Source: Lytechinus pictus
Taxonomy: Eukaryota
Direction of reading: 5' to 3'
Assembly: GCF_037042905.1 (NCBI RefSeq)
Contig: NC_087249.1
Location: forward strand, 47,988,001 to 48,052,000
Length of the DNA: 64,000 nucleotides
Of this stretch, positions 24,901 through 39,900 are shown piece after piece (position 1 is the stretch's first letter; the number at the start of each line of letters is the position of its first letter). The notes under the pieces were generated by a model that saw nothing but the letters and a program-made list of their open reading frames with translations, did no database searches and had not been told where the DNA came from. A program made the position numbers and the translations under genes.

Positions 24901-27900
24901 AACTTTTTTTTTCTTAATTTCCACTGATATTTTGGAAAAGTTTATTGACCTCTGACCCCTAAATACATTCTCCATGACCTTCATTATTTCAGACTGAAAT
25001 TATGAAACCTCCATGTTTTCATTACAAATTAGCCATCTTTATTTACATTATCACAAATAAAATATGAACACCAAGGATAAATGTTTTGTTATTTTTTTAT
25101 GTCATACAGATTTTATATTTCAAGTGATCTTGGAATTCAAGGGTGAAAGTTTATTCTTTATACTGATTTTGGTGTTTAATCTACATGTACTTGAACAAAT
25201 ATTTGCATTTTGGCACCAAGATCACCAACCTGCGGAGATACCATTATCATTATCTTATGTTAAAAAGGACATTGACCTTTGTCCTTGAATTTTAAGGGTG
25301 AATGTGAATTCTCGATGTTTAATTTTATTTCATTTAATCTTCCTGTAAGAATATGTGTATTTTGACACCAAAAACACCAACCTGCGCCCTTTTATCTTAG
25401 AGATACCATTATATAATATGGTATATCATGTATAAAAGGTCATTGACCTTTGGCCTTAAATTTTATGGGTGAATGTGCATTCTAGGTACTTAATTTTATT
25501 TCATTTGATATTCTGGTCAGAATCTGTGCATTTTGACACCATGATCACCAACCTGTGCCTTTTTCATCTCAGAGATCCCATTATACAGTATAGTATATAT
25601 AATGTAAAAGGGTCATTGACCTTTTAAAAGCTATGACCTTGAATTTTATTAGTGAATGTCCATTCTAAGTACTTAAGTTTATTCTATTTTATCTTCTTGT
25701 AAGAATCTGTACATTTTGGCACCATGATCACCAGCCTGTACCTTATCATTTCAGAGATACCATTGTACAGTATGGTATATAATGTAAAAAAGGTCATTGA
25801 CCTTTGAAAGGCTTTTACCTTGAATTTTATCGGCGAATTTGCATTCTAGGTACTGAATTTTATTTTATTTTATATCCTGGTAAGAATTTGTGCATTTTGA
25901 CACCATTATCACCAACCTGTGCCTTTCCATCTCAGAGATACCATTATACAGTATATATGAAAAGGTCATTGACCTTTGACCTTGAAAAAAAGTACTTTCC
26001 CCAACCCGTATTCCTCCTAACTTTTTTTGGGTAAATGTTGACACCCATACCTACTCAAATCAGTCAAAAAATCATTTCCAATAATTTTATTTCAGATTGG
26101 CTACTTTGGGGTCTAATTTAGGAATACTAGATAAGGATACCTGTATTTATATGAGCGTGTGTAATGGACTGTTCCCTCTTTGAATCAACAACTTAAATTA
26201 GCTAAAATTTTCTTTCCGCGCCCCACCCCCTTTTGGCGAAATACCGCCCGGCTCACACTAAGCGATTCGTTGGGACGAGATTCTTTAATAATCGCATTTT
26301 GCATTAAATGTGAAAGTTCCAAGAAGGAAGATTTTTTCTTGTGAAGTTCGGCATAATGTGAGGAATAATTAAATCATAATTTTGCTTTGCGGCAAGCCTT
26401 GTGGTCAGAGTAAAGTCCAAATCGCTTTGAAGTTGCAGTCGATGGTGACATCATCACGATTTGGATTTGAGTACAGGGAGGCTCGAACTAGACTGAATTT
26501 CGATGTCCGTAATCTGCGATTCCGAACTCTAATCGCTAAGATTTTATTGCATTGGTTGGAATGTTCATATAAAATGTTATTACAATTTCTTTGACATTCG
26601 GGTCGCAACGAATCGCATAGTGTGAGCCGGGCTTAAAGGGAGGGGGCAGGGACATTCTATTGAAATTTTCTTTAAAAAAATGGTATGCCTATATGCTGCC
26701 GTCTATTGACATATTAAAGGAGGACACTTTAGTCATTTTACTTGATTTGGGATATTTTCTGTATATTATGATGCTAAATGAATTGGAATCCCATAACCCC
26801 CTAAATTATGAAAGATAAGCAGGTAGGCCTATCACTAACATTCCTCAAAGTGGATTCCTTTTGTCAGTGGACAGTAGTAAGGGGTTAGACCTTATTTTAT
26901 GAAATTTCTACCCAAGTGAGTTGTATCAATAACTTCACCCAGCGTTCGTGAATAGGGGAAGGGGCAGCTGTCCCCCCCAAAACGTTGTGAAAACTTACAC
27001 TTTTTGCCATATTTGCTAAAAAATCTTAAGACACTTCACGAAGAGTGTGAAGTAATTCCTTCATCTTCAATATGAAAATTGCAAAATTAACCTCTCGATA
27101 AACTCGGTCGCATTACTATCTCGCTTCCATTTTAAATGATGAAAATAAAAATACTCGCTCCCTGCCGAAAGATTGATGACATGGGGGTCCCCTCTCTCTG
27201 ACAAAAAGGTGCACCCCTCTGATTTTTTACACCAATTCCAATATTGCTTCCGATGTACCTACTCCTAACTATATCTCTGGGTTTGTATATGATTTTTTTA
27301 TTGCTTTAATATTTAGCCAGATTTAAGTCTACATGAAATATATTATGTTGTTACAATTAAAGCAAGTTGCCTTCACCCTTCCCGTCTAATGAAGTTTAAC
27401 CTTTTCATTATTCAATTACTGATCAAAGTATTCGTGACGTCAATTTGACTTTGTTTGGCGAAGGCAACCCACATTTGCCTTGTAAAGAAAATGAAAAATC
27501 ACAGAAATCAAGTCAAAATAAATGTTATCTCCCCTCCCATTCTGGGAGCCTTTCAATAGCTAAATGACTAGTCGGAGATGTTTCATCCGACAAAGTATGT
27601 TTCATTCGAAGGTTGCCATTGGAACTGCACTTCTCAGTCAAATAAAATCAAGGAACGTTGCCAGATCTGACAATCTGACAACTCAGACGAAAAATCTTGA
27701 TTAAAAAACGCCCCTAAAAGACCCCCCCCCCGGCCATGAACTCACATGAATGTTATGTTCCCTGCACATTTTTTGGGAGCAATCCACTGGAAGGTGAGTG
27801 CCTCTTTTTCGTCTTTACCAGTATGGGTTACTGAGTCGCTTGGAGTTTCACACTGCCCAAACTGGGAGAGGGCCGGTGGGTCCGTAAATTCACCAACTGC

Positions 27901-30900
27901 TGTTCGTGTGCCATGGATCCGAGCCTGTAGAAAGAAGCCCTTGAAGACAGTTCCGTTCTCACCAGAGATTGTCACTGGAATTGAAAAAGATTTTTCGGTT
28001 TAAGGAGAATGTCTGGGGTGTTTGGGCATCACGACAATTTTTACTATTTCACTATTCATTCCAGAGTGGGTCATTGTGTAATAAACAAAGTTGAAAGGCA
28101 CATATCAGAAATTAACTTATCGACAGATACATTTATATCATACCTTGTATTAGCCCAGGGGTGGATGCCGGATTTTCCAAAAAGGGGATGGGTGCATTTT
28201 TGTACAGGAAAAAATTGAAAAAATAAAAAAAGGATTTCACTACAAACGGAGGTCATTTGTTTTAGAAAAAAATCTTTCTGACATTTTCCCCTACCAATAT
28301 TATTTTTTGTCTCTCAAACGGGGCGGGGGGGGGGGGCACGGACCGGATATGCCTCTGTATTCATCAATGTATAAGTATTACACCACCAGCACCACAACAT
28401 CAATAAGAGCAACTTCAAAAAAGATAAAGATCGAATTTCACTCTGAAGTTGCCATTTCAGATCATATAGATTAAACTTATCTTTTGGGGGGAATCCTTTG
28501 TGTTCATTTTCATACTTGCTCTACAAGAGGCTTGTATGCAAAGGGGGCAACATATTACGATAGGCTTGGGAGATTGACAAGATGACACAAATTGATTTGA
28601 CTTTTTTATATGCAATACCCTGATCATCGGGTGATTAATATCTCTTTCCCACTTTCCTTCATTTTTATATCTTGATCAGGTGGATCGCCACCTGTCGACA
28701 TATTCAATGAAAGAATGAATTCATCAGGAAAATAAAAGGAATATGACATATGCTTCTTTATCTTTCATAAGAAAACTACAAATTTACCATATTTTACAGG
28801 AGCAAATTCAGTTAAGATTCCAGATTGTCATTCACTGCACAATCGTTGCAAATCTAGTGGTTTGTGTAATAGGGTGTGAGCACTCACCACAACCGAGGAC
28901 TTCACATCCAAAACAAGGACACACAGAAAATTGGGGACGTCCTCGGTTCGTGGACCATTTATGAGCAAAGACGCCAAATTACTGTTATTTTGCTAATGGT
29001 TTTCATACGGTTTTACATTATGATAGTCAAGAGGTCTTCGGTTGTATAGTAAAAACTTTATATAATCCTAGGTTGAGAGAATATTACTGACATAAAATCA
29101 ACAGCTAGGGAATATCCTAAACCTCTACCACAAACATGTAGTGTGCGTGTGTGGGTACGTGAGGGGATGGTGGTATGGGCAGGTGTGTGCACCTATAGGG
29201 GGGTTATACACCATTAAGGTCATCATGTTCAACGTATCTAGCAATTAAATAAGTGACATCCCAGTTTTCTCTTCCAAAAACCGTGGTTTGTGCTATGATC
29301 AAGTAGATCTGCAGCCGAAGAAGTTGTAATAAAAACACCTCCAAAATCAAACGCAACTTGATTTATTACCGATCAGGCGCACCTTTTCTTTTTATTGCTC
29401 TTCTTCTTACGTTTGAGTAAAACAAAAATCAACGGGTTTCTGGTATTCTAAATTTTCTCTTTAAATGTATGACGTATGGAAGAGTGAAATTCCACACTCC
29501 TATCATCAAGATCATACCTGTGGATCGAGTTGGACCTTTTCCGACGCGAGTGGAAAGTACATAAACATTGATTGAATTGATTGAAAATCACATTTATTTC
29601 CTTCAAACAGATACAAAATAATATTTGACATAGTAACGAATACAGTATATATTTCGACACAATTTTGAAGGAGGCGAAAACCCGGAAAGCAGAGCTTGAG
29701 TTGGGGTCGCCAGATACAAATAAATAACAAGTTACGTACTGTAATGACATCATATGTAATTGCATATAAATAAGAAAGTTAAGAGTAGAAAAAGAAACAC
29801 AGATGGAGAAGAGGGAGAAGAAATGTAGGCATTAGAAGATAAGTTCATTTGAATAACAGAGTAAACTGGTCGCAATTACGTAATATTGGTACATGTATAT
29901 ATAAAGAGCTTGAGTGACATTTGTCTAGCAGAGCAACAGGTAAGGCATGTGCATTAATTAACATTAGAAATGGAAGGTAGTTCAAGCATGTCAACATGTC
30001 AATGATCTCTGTCAGTGCGAGCATTTAAATAAAGTTTCATTTTATAAGAGAAAGATTGCAAAGAACGAGAGTTTTGTAGGCGGGCTGGTAAACTGTTCCA
30101 AAATTTTGGCCCAGAGTAGCGAATATCGTATTGAAATCTTCGGGTTCTATGTTTTGGTAAATGAATTTGGGTAGCGCTTCTCGTGCTATACTTATGAATA
30201 TCCGAATTGCAGTTAAAATGACAGAGATTACTAAATTGAGAGGGGAAAATGTTGTTTATGCTTTTGTACATAAAAATACTTTGCTGATGCAAATTAATAT
30301 CGCTAAATTTCAATAATTTTAACTCTTTGAATACAGGATTTGTGTGAGATTGAAAATGTAATCCAGATATAATACGAACAATCCTCTTTTGTAGTATTAT
30401 AAGCTTTATGATGCTAGACTTACAGGAGTTGGCCCAAATAATATTACAATACGAGAAATATGGAAGTATCAGAGCACAATATAACATACGTAGAATGTGA
30501 CTTGGCAAGAGATATTTAATTCTAGATATAATACCAATGTTTTTGGATACTTTTCTTTCGATCTCATGTATATGATCTTTCCATGTCATAAAACTATCTA
30601 AATAAATTCCAAGGAACTTGGCCTTGTCTACCCGTGGTAATATTACGTTGTCGAGTATAACACATGCATCATTCAAATCGACATTCTTTCTATTATGAAA
30701 AACCATGTAGTTACATTTCTTGACATTTAAAGATAATTTGTTAGCCTTAAACCATTCACATACATGTACAAGATTTGCATTCACAATATCACAAAGGGAG
30801 TTCAAGTTTGAATTGCTATGAAATATATTTGTATCATCGGCGTATAATATAAAGGATAGCTCATTTGCTGATTTATAAAGATCATTAATATATAATATAA

Positions 30901-33900
30901 ATAACAATGGGCCGAGGAGACTGCCCTGGGGAATTCCACAGGTTATTGTCTTAAAGTCTGACACACACGATTTGTATTTAGTACATTGTAAACGATTATT
31001 AAGATAGCTAGTGAACCAATTATAAGCAATACCACGTATGCCGTAACGATATAATTTAGATAGTAATATGTTATGGTTAATTGTATCAAAGGCTTTGGAT
31101 AGGTCGATGAAAACTCCAATTGCGAACTCATTATTTTCAAAAGCATCTATTATTTTACTAGAGAGACTTGTAAGAGCCATGCTTGTGGAATAATCTTTAC
31201 GAAACCCAAATTGATTATCATAAAGAATAGAAAATTTATCAAGAAATTCGAAAGTCCTCTTGTAAACAATACGCTCTAATAACTTAGAAAAAACAGATAA
31301 AACAGAAATAGGTCTGTAGTTCGTAAATTCACCTTTGTCCCCAGATTTAAAAATTGGTGTCACTTTGGCCTTTTTTAATTCATGAGGAAATATTCCTTTT
31401 GATAAAGACAAATTAAATATATGACACAAAGGTCCACAAATATATGGTACGACTTGTTTGATGACTCTTGGACTATATTCATCCAAACCAGCCGCTTTAT
31501 TGTTTTTAAATGTTTTAACAATGTTACAAATCTCATTCTCCGAGGTGGGATACAGATACAAGGAGTCAGTTGGTGGATCATTGATAAACTTCAAATAGTC
31601 CGTTTGAGTTTCAGGGATTCTGTTTGCCAAAGATGGACCGATATTAGTAAAAAAGCTATTAAACGAATTCGATATAGTGCTCGGTTCTGTAACAGTTTTC
31701 CCGTTATGTTTAAACACAGAATTTTCACTTGGTTTACTTTTGTAGTAAATTAATTGTTTTCCAAGTGCGATTAATATTGGATTTATTGAGTAAAAATTCA
31801 TTATGAAAATATTGTGATTTTGTTTTACGAATTAGCGCTGTGACTAAATTACGATAATTTTTATAAACGGAAACATTTTCATCTGACGGATTACGTATAT
31901 ACCATTTATATAATTTATTCTTATGTCGAATAGACTGTAACAGTCCTTTCGTCATCCAGCATTTCAATTTTTTATTCCTATTTTTTTCAACTACGACAGG
32001 GAGATTTTTATCATATAGTTTACGAAATTTCGCCTGAAAAAGATTATAACTTTCATTTGGATCGTCATTATCATATACTTCTCCCCAGTCGACTTCTTGT
32101 AAATCCCTATATAAAACTTCAATATTTCTCTCATATATCATTCTACAGCTAGCCTTTGCATTTGGTGATTTTACATTGCTAGTGCCGAATTGTGATATAT
32201 GAAAGACTGGCAAGTGATCAGAGACATCACAATACAATAAACCAGAATCAATAGATGAATGTATGTTGTTTGTGAATATGTTATCGATTAACGTGGCAGA
32301 CGACTTCGTAATACGTGAGGGTTTGTTAATTAAAGGGTAGCATGAATTACTAAATATCATATTAATAAAGTTTTTAACAGAATTGTTTTGATCATGTTGT
32401 AATAGGTCAATATTGAAATCACCCATTAAAAAACTTAATTTGTTTTCGCTGGTGAGTTTGGCAAACACAGCATCCATTGCTTCTGAAAAATCGTCAATTG
32501 GAACGTTTGGGGGTTTATATATGACACCTACAATAATATTCTTTCTTTTTTCTTGAATTATTTCTATAAAAATAGAGTCGCATAAATTTGCATCGAGCAT
32601 CAGGTCATCTCTTTGAAAATAAGTATATGAGTTTGCAATGTACATTCCGACACCTCCGCCATGTTTATGATGCCTATTCTTACAAACAAATGTGTATTCA
32701 TCGATGTTCAATAAAGGACTATCGTCTGTTAACCAAGTCTCTGAAATACCAACTATATCAAACTGAAAATTTAAGAGGCTCAAAAAATGTTTAAGGGAAT
32801 CAAAGTTTTTAAGAATACTCCTTGTATTAAAATGAATATTGGAAAAAGATTCATGAACATTTATGCTTCTAAATGTTTTAGCAAAGTTTTCCGCTTCATA
32901 ATAATTTGAACTGGACGTCGCATAGTCCGCAAAATAATTGATGTCGGGGTCTATATTTATATTATTATTATGCATGTCACTCTCAATCATAAATGGGTTA
33001 AACCTGAGGTTTAAATTGGCAACTTCGGTGGGGCCCGATATAGCCGATTCCAAATCATCTACGGAATGAAACGGGAACACATGGGATGAACAATGGATAC
33101 ACATGAGCAGGCTCTCATTCCATTCATTATATACAACGTTACATTTGCATGATTGACAGTAGATTTGATTACGTAATGGGACCTGGTTATCATTAGGCAT
33201 CAATACAGTACTACTCATTTAAATACAAGATTGACAACAAATATCGCGGGCATAACTGAACCTGAGTGAGATGTATGCTGCCTGAATAAGGTACGACAAT
33301 GCCTTCGTATGACAATACCGATATTGTGTTTAAAAATAATGTACCCAGAGAACAAACAGTTCGAGAGTTTGCGATACAATTTACAAGAAATCTAAGCATG
33401 CCAGAGAAAAGGGTATAGGTACAGGGATAGAGAAGAAAAGAAGGGTAGAAGAACATAGAACAACAACAAGTTAAACAAAAAACAGCTGCAGACACAGATT
33501 GTGCTGTGAGTGCACAAGAAGAAACAAAATTACAATCAAAGATGGTTGCTGTCTATATTATTCACGCTATACACCTGCGCTAAACAAGCTATAAAGTCAC
33601 GCCAATGGCCATATTGAATCAGAAATTCACTATATTATTGACCTAAACTTACTGCATTAATTCGATTTGGGGCCGACTGAATATTATTTTATATACGATT
33701 CAATAAATAAGAACAACCTTTTAGTGAAACCTCGAAAACCATATAATCGCGTGATGTTTGAAATATTCAGAAAAGAAGCTACTGGGTCAATACATTGTGC
33801 GTTGATATTCACAATAATAATGAAAGGAAATTATTTCAATGGAAATTATTCATGCTTTGAAGGCACAAAAATTCGCTGGCCTTCGAAGTAAAGGGAAACT

Positions 33901-36900
33901 GGCATCGAATCTAAAAGTGTGAAGAGAAATAGACGAATAACGTAGGCTTAAATTGCAAATAAAAAGATGGTTTGATTGTAAAGTTGCGGTTTATCAGGCT
34001 TATTCTTTGTTGAAAACCTTGCATTTTCAACAAATCTTTACAATCCATTGTCCATGATATTGAAAATATTTGAACTTGCTGTATATTTTTCTCGATTCAT
34101 AGTAGGTCCATGTTCAAATCAATCTGTTGTTAATGTGGACTTTGCCTTTAGGTTCGGGGAATGTGCCGACTAAATATTTCCCAAAACTCCGGCTGAAAAA
34201 GCATTATCTCGATCACCAGGGCCCTGGGAACGAGTTTTTTTTTTTTGGGGGGGGGTGCTGATGCTAAATTTCTCCCCGCCGCCAAATTTTCGCGCATATG
34301 TTTTAATCTCTAATCAAAGTGAATGGCAATAGACTATAGAAGCTATAAAAGGACCATTTGATCTAAATCAAGGAGACTATGACAGACAAGAACAATGATG
34401 TATCATAACCAATGGCAGCACAGAGAATTTCATATAAAGCGTGCATGCATGTGCCCCTATATCCCGTCAACCTACCACTACAGCCGCATTCTATAGGACT
34501 TTTTTTGACGAAATCACGTTGGGCGAGGATCTTTAAAATTCACACCCGAATAAGTTTCATCATGATTGTGTAGTTATGCAAGAGGGAACTTGGTAACTAA
34601 GAGTAAAAATATGTTATTTTCAAGAAAGAAATGTCACATTTATATCTATTTCATTTTCTACTTTTATTACCGCGGTATATACAATATGGTAATAATGATA
34701 AAATAATATGTTTATTTATATAGCGCAGTTACTATGTGCATATACTCAACTGCGCTTTGATACATGGTATCATAATTACCCCGGCTGTAGATGAGCCGCC
34801 ATAATAGGCGCTAAAGCGTTCAAGGAATAAATCCAACCGGGTACCCAATTCACCTCACCTGGGAATAATAAGTTTCATCATGTGTAGTTATGCAAGAGGG
34901 AACTTGGTAACTAAGAGTAAAAATATGTTATTTTCAAGAAAGAAATGTCACATTTATATCTATTTCATTTTCTACTTTTATTACCGCGGTATACAATATG
35001 GTAATAATGATAATAATAATAAAATAATATGTTCATTTATATAGCGCAGTTACTATGTGCATATACTCAACTGCGCTTTGATACATGGTATCATAATTAT
35101 CCCGGCTGTAGATGAGCCGCTATATTAATAGGCGCTAAAGCGTTCAAGGAATAAATCCAACCGGGTACCCATTCACCTCACCTGGGTCGAGTGCAGCACA
35201 ATGTGGATACATTTCTTGCCGAAGGAAATTACGCCATGACCGGGATTCGAACCCGCGACCCTCTGTTTCAAAGTCCGGAGACTTCTACTAGGCGACATCG
35301 CTCCACAAATCAGGTAGTACTGCTGCGATGGGGGTTTAAGAAAATATTGTAAACGAAAAATAAATTTCCGCTTTCACAATTTGATCTAAAGATGAAAAAG
35401 AATTATTTGTATAAGCCAAACTCTGAGTAGATCTTACAGGGGCGTATATAGACAGACAAGCTACCTCATGACGAGAAGAGTGCGCCAAGAAGACAATGGG
35501 AAAAGCCCGGGAGATCTAGAAAAATGATGGGAGGTGGCAGGAAAAAATCAAATGAGGGCATGTCGGTCTGCTCTCCTGCATCCATTCTTAATTCAACACG
35601 CAGTTTCGCAGGTCAATGCCAAACGGTGACGAAATTATCAAAAATGAATAAATCTTTACCTCTCAGACTTTCACCTGGTTCGTAGAAGGCAGAATCAGCG
35701 GTGAATCTGAAAGGGTCACTCATGCTGGCTGGAGCTCGTACAGCTGGGAATAGTTACTTGCGCTCGTGCGGTGGACAGGATTCCCAGCAGCACAGCCCGT
35801 CCACGGGGAACCACGAGGATAGCAGTCCACATGGAAGGCCGACAGTAAGAAGATGAGCGAACATAAAGAGGAAATGGTGGCAGAAGACATCCTTGAAGGA
35901 CTCCCGGCAAGGATGTAGCTTATCTGAATGACAGGGGCGTTCGCTGAGGATGATGAAAACTCGCGATGCGATACTTAATGTGCTAAATTTGTTGAAATCG
36001 AGGCCCCTCTCGACAGTTTATCAGCAATAGTTAATTTATTCAATGATATAGGTATGAGCCTTTGTTGTCACTATAGCTCTCATTAATTCCTCGGTGGGAC
36101 GACTTGGTGCGAAGAGAATCCCAACAGGGTAGTTTCAACTTTTCTTTTGATCTTACTCCGGGTTCTTACTGCTTCCAATAATGAATGGGCATGGCAGGCG
36201 AATGGTTTGGAATATGCTCCCTTTACGGTACCGCTTCGTGTTGGACATTGGTATAAACATGATCTGTTGTAAGTGTGTTATTATAATACTCATTTGAGTC
36301 TACAACAGGTTTAAGTGAATGAAAAAGGGGCATGTGAAACCATCCATGAATGATGAATCTGACTATTGAATCATATTTTCAAGATAGTGAAAACTTAGTA
36401 TTTTTTGTTGACTTAGAAAGATTTACAGATATGGTAGAATGAATATTAAAAATACCCACCGATATTGGTGAAGCTGTTCAAGAAAAAAATGATAGGGGCC
36501 TACATAAAAGCGAGCTGTTTATTGATCTTCTTTCATTCTATTTGCACATTCTTCTTTATACAGCCATGCGTGTACGAGGTGGGGGGGAAGGGGTTTACAG
36601 GGGTTCAAACCCAGCGCCCCCCACCCGATTTTTTGAAAACCTTTTTATTTTCCTTTTTTTTTTTGGGGGGGGGGGGGGTGAAAACCTTTTATTTTCAATG
36701 TATCTTCACATTGTTGGATATGGATAAAATTGATATACGAAATTGATATAGCCTTTTTTTTCTTCTTCTCAAATTTTCATTCAACTCGACCCCCCCCCCT
36801 TAAAAAATCCTGCGTGCGCTACTTTACAAAGCGTTAGTATTGTAGTATCGTGGCCGTTAATTAATACATTTTATATGCACTATAGCTGAAGACCCAGATC

Positions 36901-39900
36901 GTCTTATACCTTTAAGGCTATAAGCACATCAGATCCCAATTAGTTTTTGGTCTAATTACCGTTTGGTCCATTCATCACAAATACTCACTTGGTCTATTTA
37001 GTATAACATTCAGATGGTGTAACTTCCACCTTGCGTATTTGGTTAAATGAAAATTTGACACAAACAACACTTTTATCATGCGCCCGCGGTCCTCGTCCTA
37101 AATTGCAAAGGGCACGGTGTCCCACAGTGTGTGCCACAGTGTGTTCACAGTGTGGAGCGCAATGTGAACTTACCTTCACACTGTTAAATTTGAGCATTTC
37201 AAACACCTCAACAGTGTGAATCACCTATTCACCATGTGAACACGCTGTGAACAGTCACCATATGTCAAGGTGTCCACAGTGTGAAAACACATATCTTCAC
37301 ACTGGATATATGGAAAAAATGGATATACGAAATTGATATAGCCGTAATTAGAAATTAGTCAACACGTTGGATTAGCACACAAAAAATGACAATTAGGAGA
37401 AGAAATATCCAGGTAAGTAAAAATCAGGTTATGGTTGACTTGATCAGCTAATAATGAGGCACCGAATCCCCGAACCGTGGTTGCTTTTAAAAATGCAAAG
37501 TCACCGTTACTGGTTTGGACAGCGATTGTTCGGCTACATGATTTATCATCGCGGTTTTTTTTTTAAGTCTTGAAAACTATTACTCCTCTATTTACTTTCT
37601 AGCAATTAATTGGTCATCAAACCCTAATGAATGATTTAATACTGGGATAAAGAACATGTCCGTGGGTAGAGCTTCTTTATATCAACGATAAAAATCGAAA
37701 TAGACTCTTCAAGACTGAGGCAGTGTTGGTAAGTCTCTTGGCTTGGACGGTGCACAGCCTGCGCCAGGTGGGTGTCTTCCAAGAGCCCTACCAAGATATG
37801 CCTCACTATAGCTTCTTGAAGAAGTCTTGTTACAACCGTAATGGAAGAAGAATATACAATGGTACAATGATTAAGGATGCAAACGTACCTATCGAACCAT
37901 AGGTGACGCCTTCGATTATCTTTTTTTTGGACCCCCCCCCCAGAGAAATGGCCATTGGGTGGGGATTGGCACATTCGGCAAACATGATAATGTATGGTAC
38001 TGAAAAATCTCTCAAAATTATGTTGTAAAGGCCCCCCCCCAAAAAAAAAAAAATGTTAAACCATCGAATGTTGATATATACACAACAAAAAAAGTAAGTC
38101 CCCCCTAAATCAAATTGCTGTAACTTTTGAACGGAATTATTTTGAGATATGATATTTCGTAGGTGGTTTTCTACACTCATTTAGCAACTCCTAGGGGAAA
38201 ATGAGATCGATCAGTTGAGTCATGCATGAGTAATTAAAGATTGAATTAAAAATGACCATTTTTGAAAGTCACAAGAGTCATATTTCAGATTGTGCAAATG
38301 CAAAAGTGGGCAAAAGTTGTTGTTAGGTGAATTTTATGGTGTTAATGCTGTTTTACTATCCATCATTTAGCCACTCCACACACAATTTTGATATCGTATG
38401 TTCATGGTTGAGTGAGCACAATATTGCAGGGGCCGCATAAGCGGGGGTGGGGAGGGGGGGGGCTGGGGCCCCCCACTTTTTTCCAAAAGCATGTACAAAA
38501 ATATAAAAATGACCATACGATTGTGATTTTTTGCATGGTCAGCCCGCCCCCCCCCCCCACTTTTGGCTAAGCCCCTCCCGCACACTTTGAAAACCGTTCC
38601 GCGGCCCCTGTATTGTGACGTATCATCATAGGTGTCTTTGGTAGTATCCTCTACAACCTGTTAGGTCATATTAAAATTTGAAAATGTTGGTGGCTCCCCC
38701 ATTATAGGCCCCTCCCCCATTTTTAAATTCTGGATCCACCCCTGATTTGTCCATAAATTAAACTGATCATGAGAAATTGTTAGGAAAATAATGCATTTAT
38801 GCAGTATAAAGAGGATTCATTCTTAAATTTTCGAATTTGCTCGCTCAACCATGAAAATGTTAAAAGTTCGGAAAATGTGTGGTGATAGAAATGATGGATG
38901 ATAAAAACAACAGCAATTAATTCACATTTGAAACCGAATTTGCCCCAAATATTCACCGTATTACCCTTTAAAATGAGTCTGTGACATTGAAAATACCCAT
39001 TTTCCCACTTTGATGCGTGCTCACTCATCCATAAATAAACAAATCGATTTCATTCTGCCCATAGGTTGATAAACATTACTGCCAAATGACATTGCTAAAG
39101 ACAGCCTTGAAAAAAAGTTCCACCATATTGAATAAGGGGTTACTTATTCTTAAACAGTCTGTTAAAAGACTATGAGAGACGAAGTCAAAATTTTAACAAA
39201 TATGAAATAAGGGTTTGTTTCATGGACGGTTTTTGTTACTTCTGCCAACAGTTATTTCATGAAACTTCGCACATGGCTTCAGAGTAACACTATCCGAAAG
39301 GCGCGCGCCCCAAAATAACAATTCGATACGGCAGAGAGTGGGGCCAAGGCCTTGAACTTTCTTCCCATTTGCATAATTTTCGAATATTGTGTGCTCACTG
39401 ATGCATTACACATCGGATTGCATTTTTTCCAATAACGTAAAAAAGAGCTAATCACATGCCACATGTTCATTCAAGCGTGAATGTTTAATTAAACGCCTTT
39501 GAATCATTGAAGCATGTTAATTGGTCATGAACATAACGAAAAAGTTGATAAAAGATCAGTTTCAGTTACCAAAATGAAACAATACTTGCCTATGATATTT
39601 GAAAATCGTATTTTTTGTTTCAATAAATGTTCATTGAACCGTGAAACAATAAATATTGTTGAAGATACTTTTCCCAAAAATAACTGTCATCATATTCTAT
39701 CATTTTTATTGATAAAAATGTGTAAAAAATCAAATTAAAGCAAATTTGGACTTGTGTTTATTCAACCGTGAAATTTAGCCAAAAAAGTTGTAGTGTCTCT
39801 TAGAAAGTACCTTTTACAAGCTTTCTGACTATCTTTCACTATGAGAATGTGGAATCAGTTCCAATAAAATGGAATCAAAGTCATGATATTTGGCTTGTGA

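Noticed and set aside
37120-37290. Clustered CACAGTG heptamers between reeler exons 1A and 1B as possible RAG-type recombination signals
   Set aside because: No ACAAAAACC-like nonamer at 12 or 23 bp in the copies checked, and the heptamers are not adjacent to the exons. They look like a simple CACAGTGTG subrepeat of a TE.
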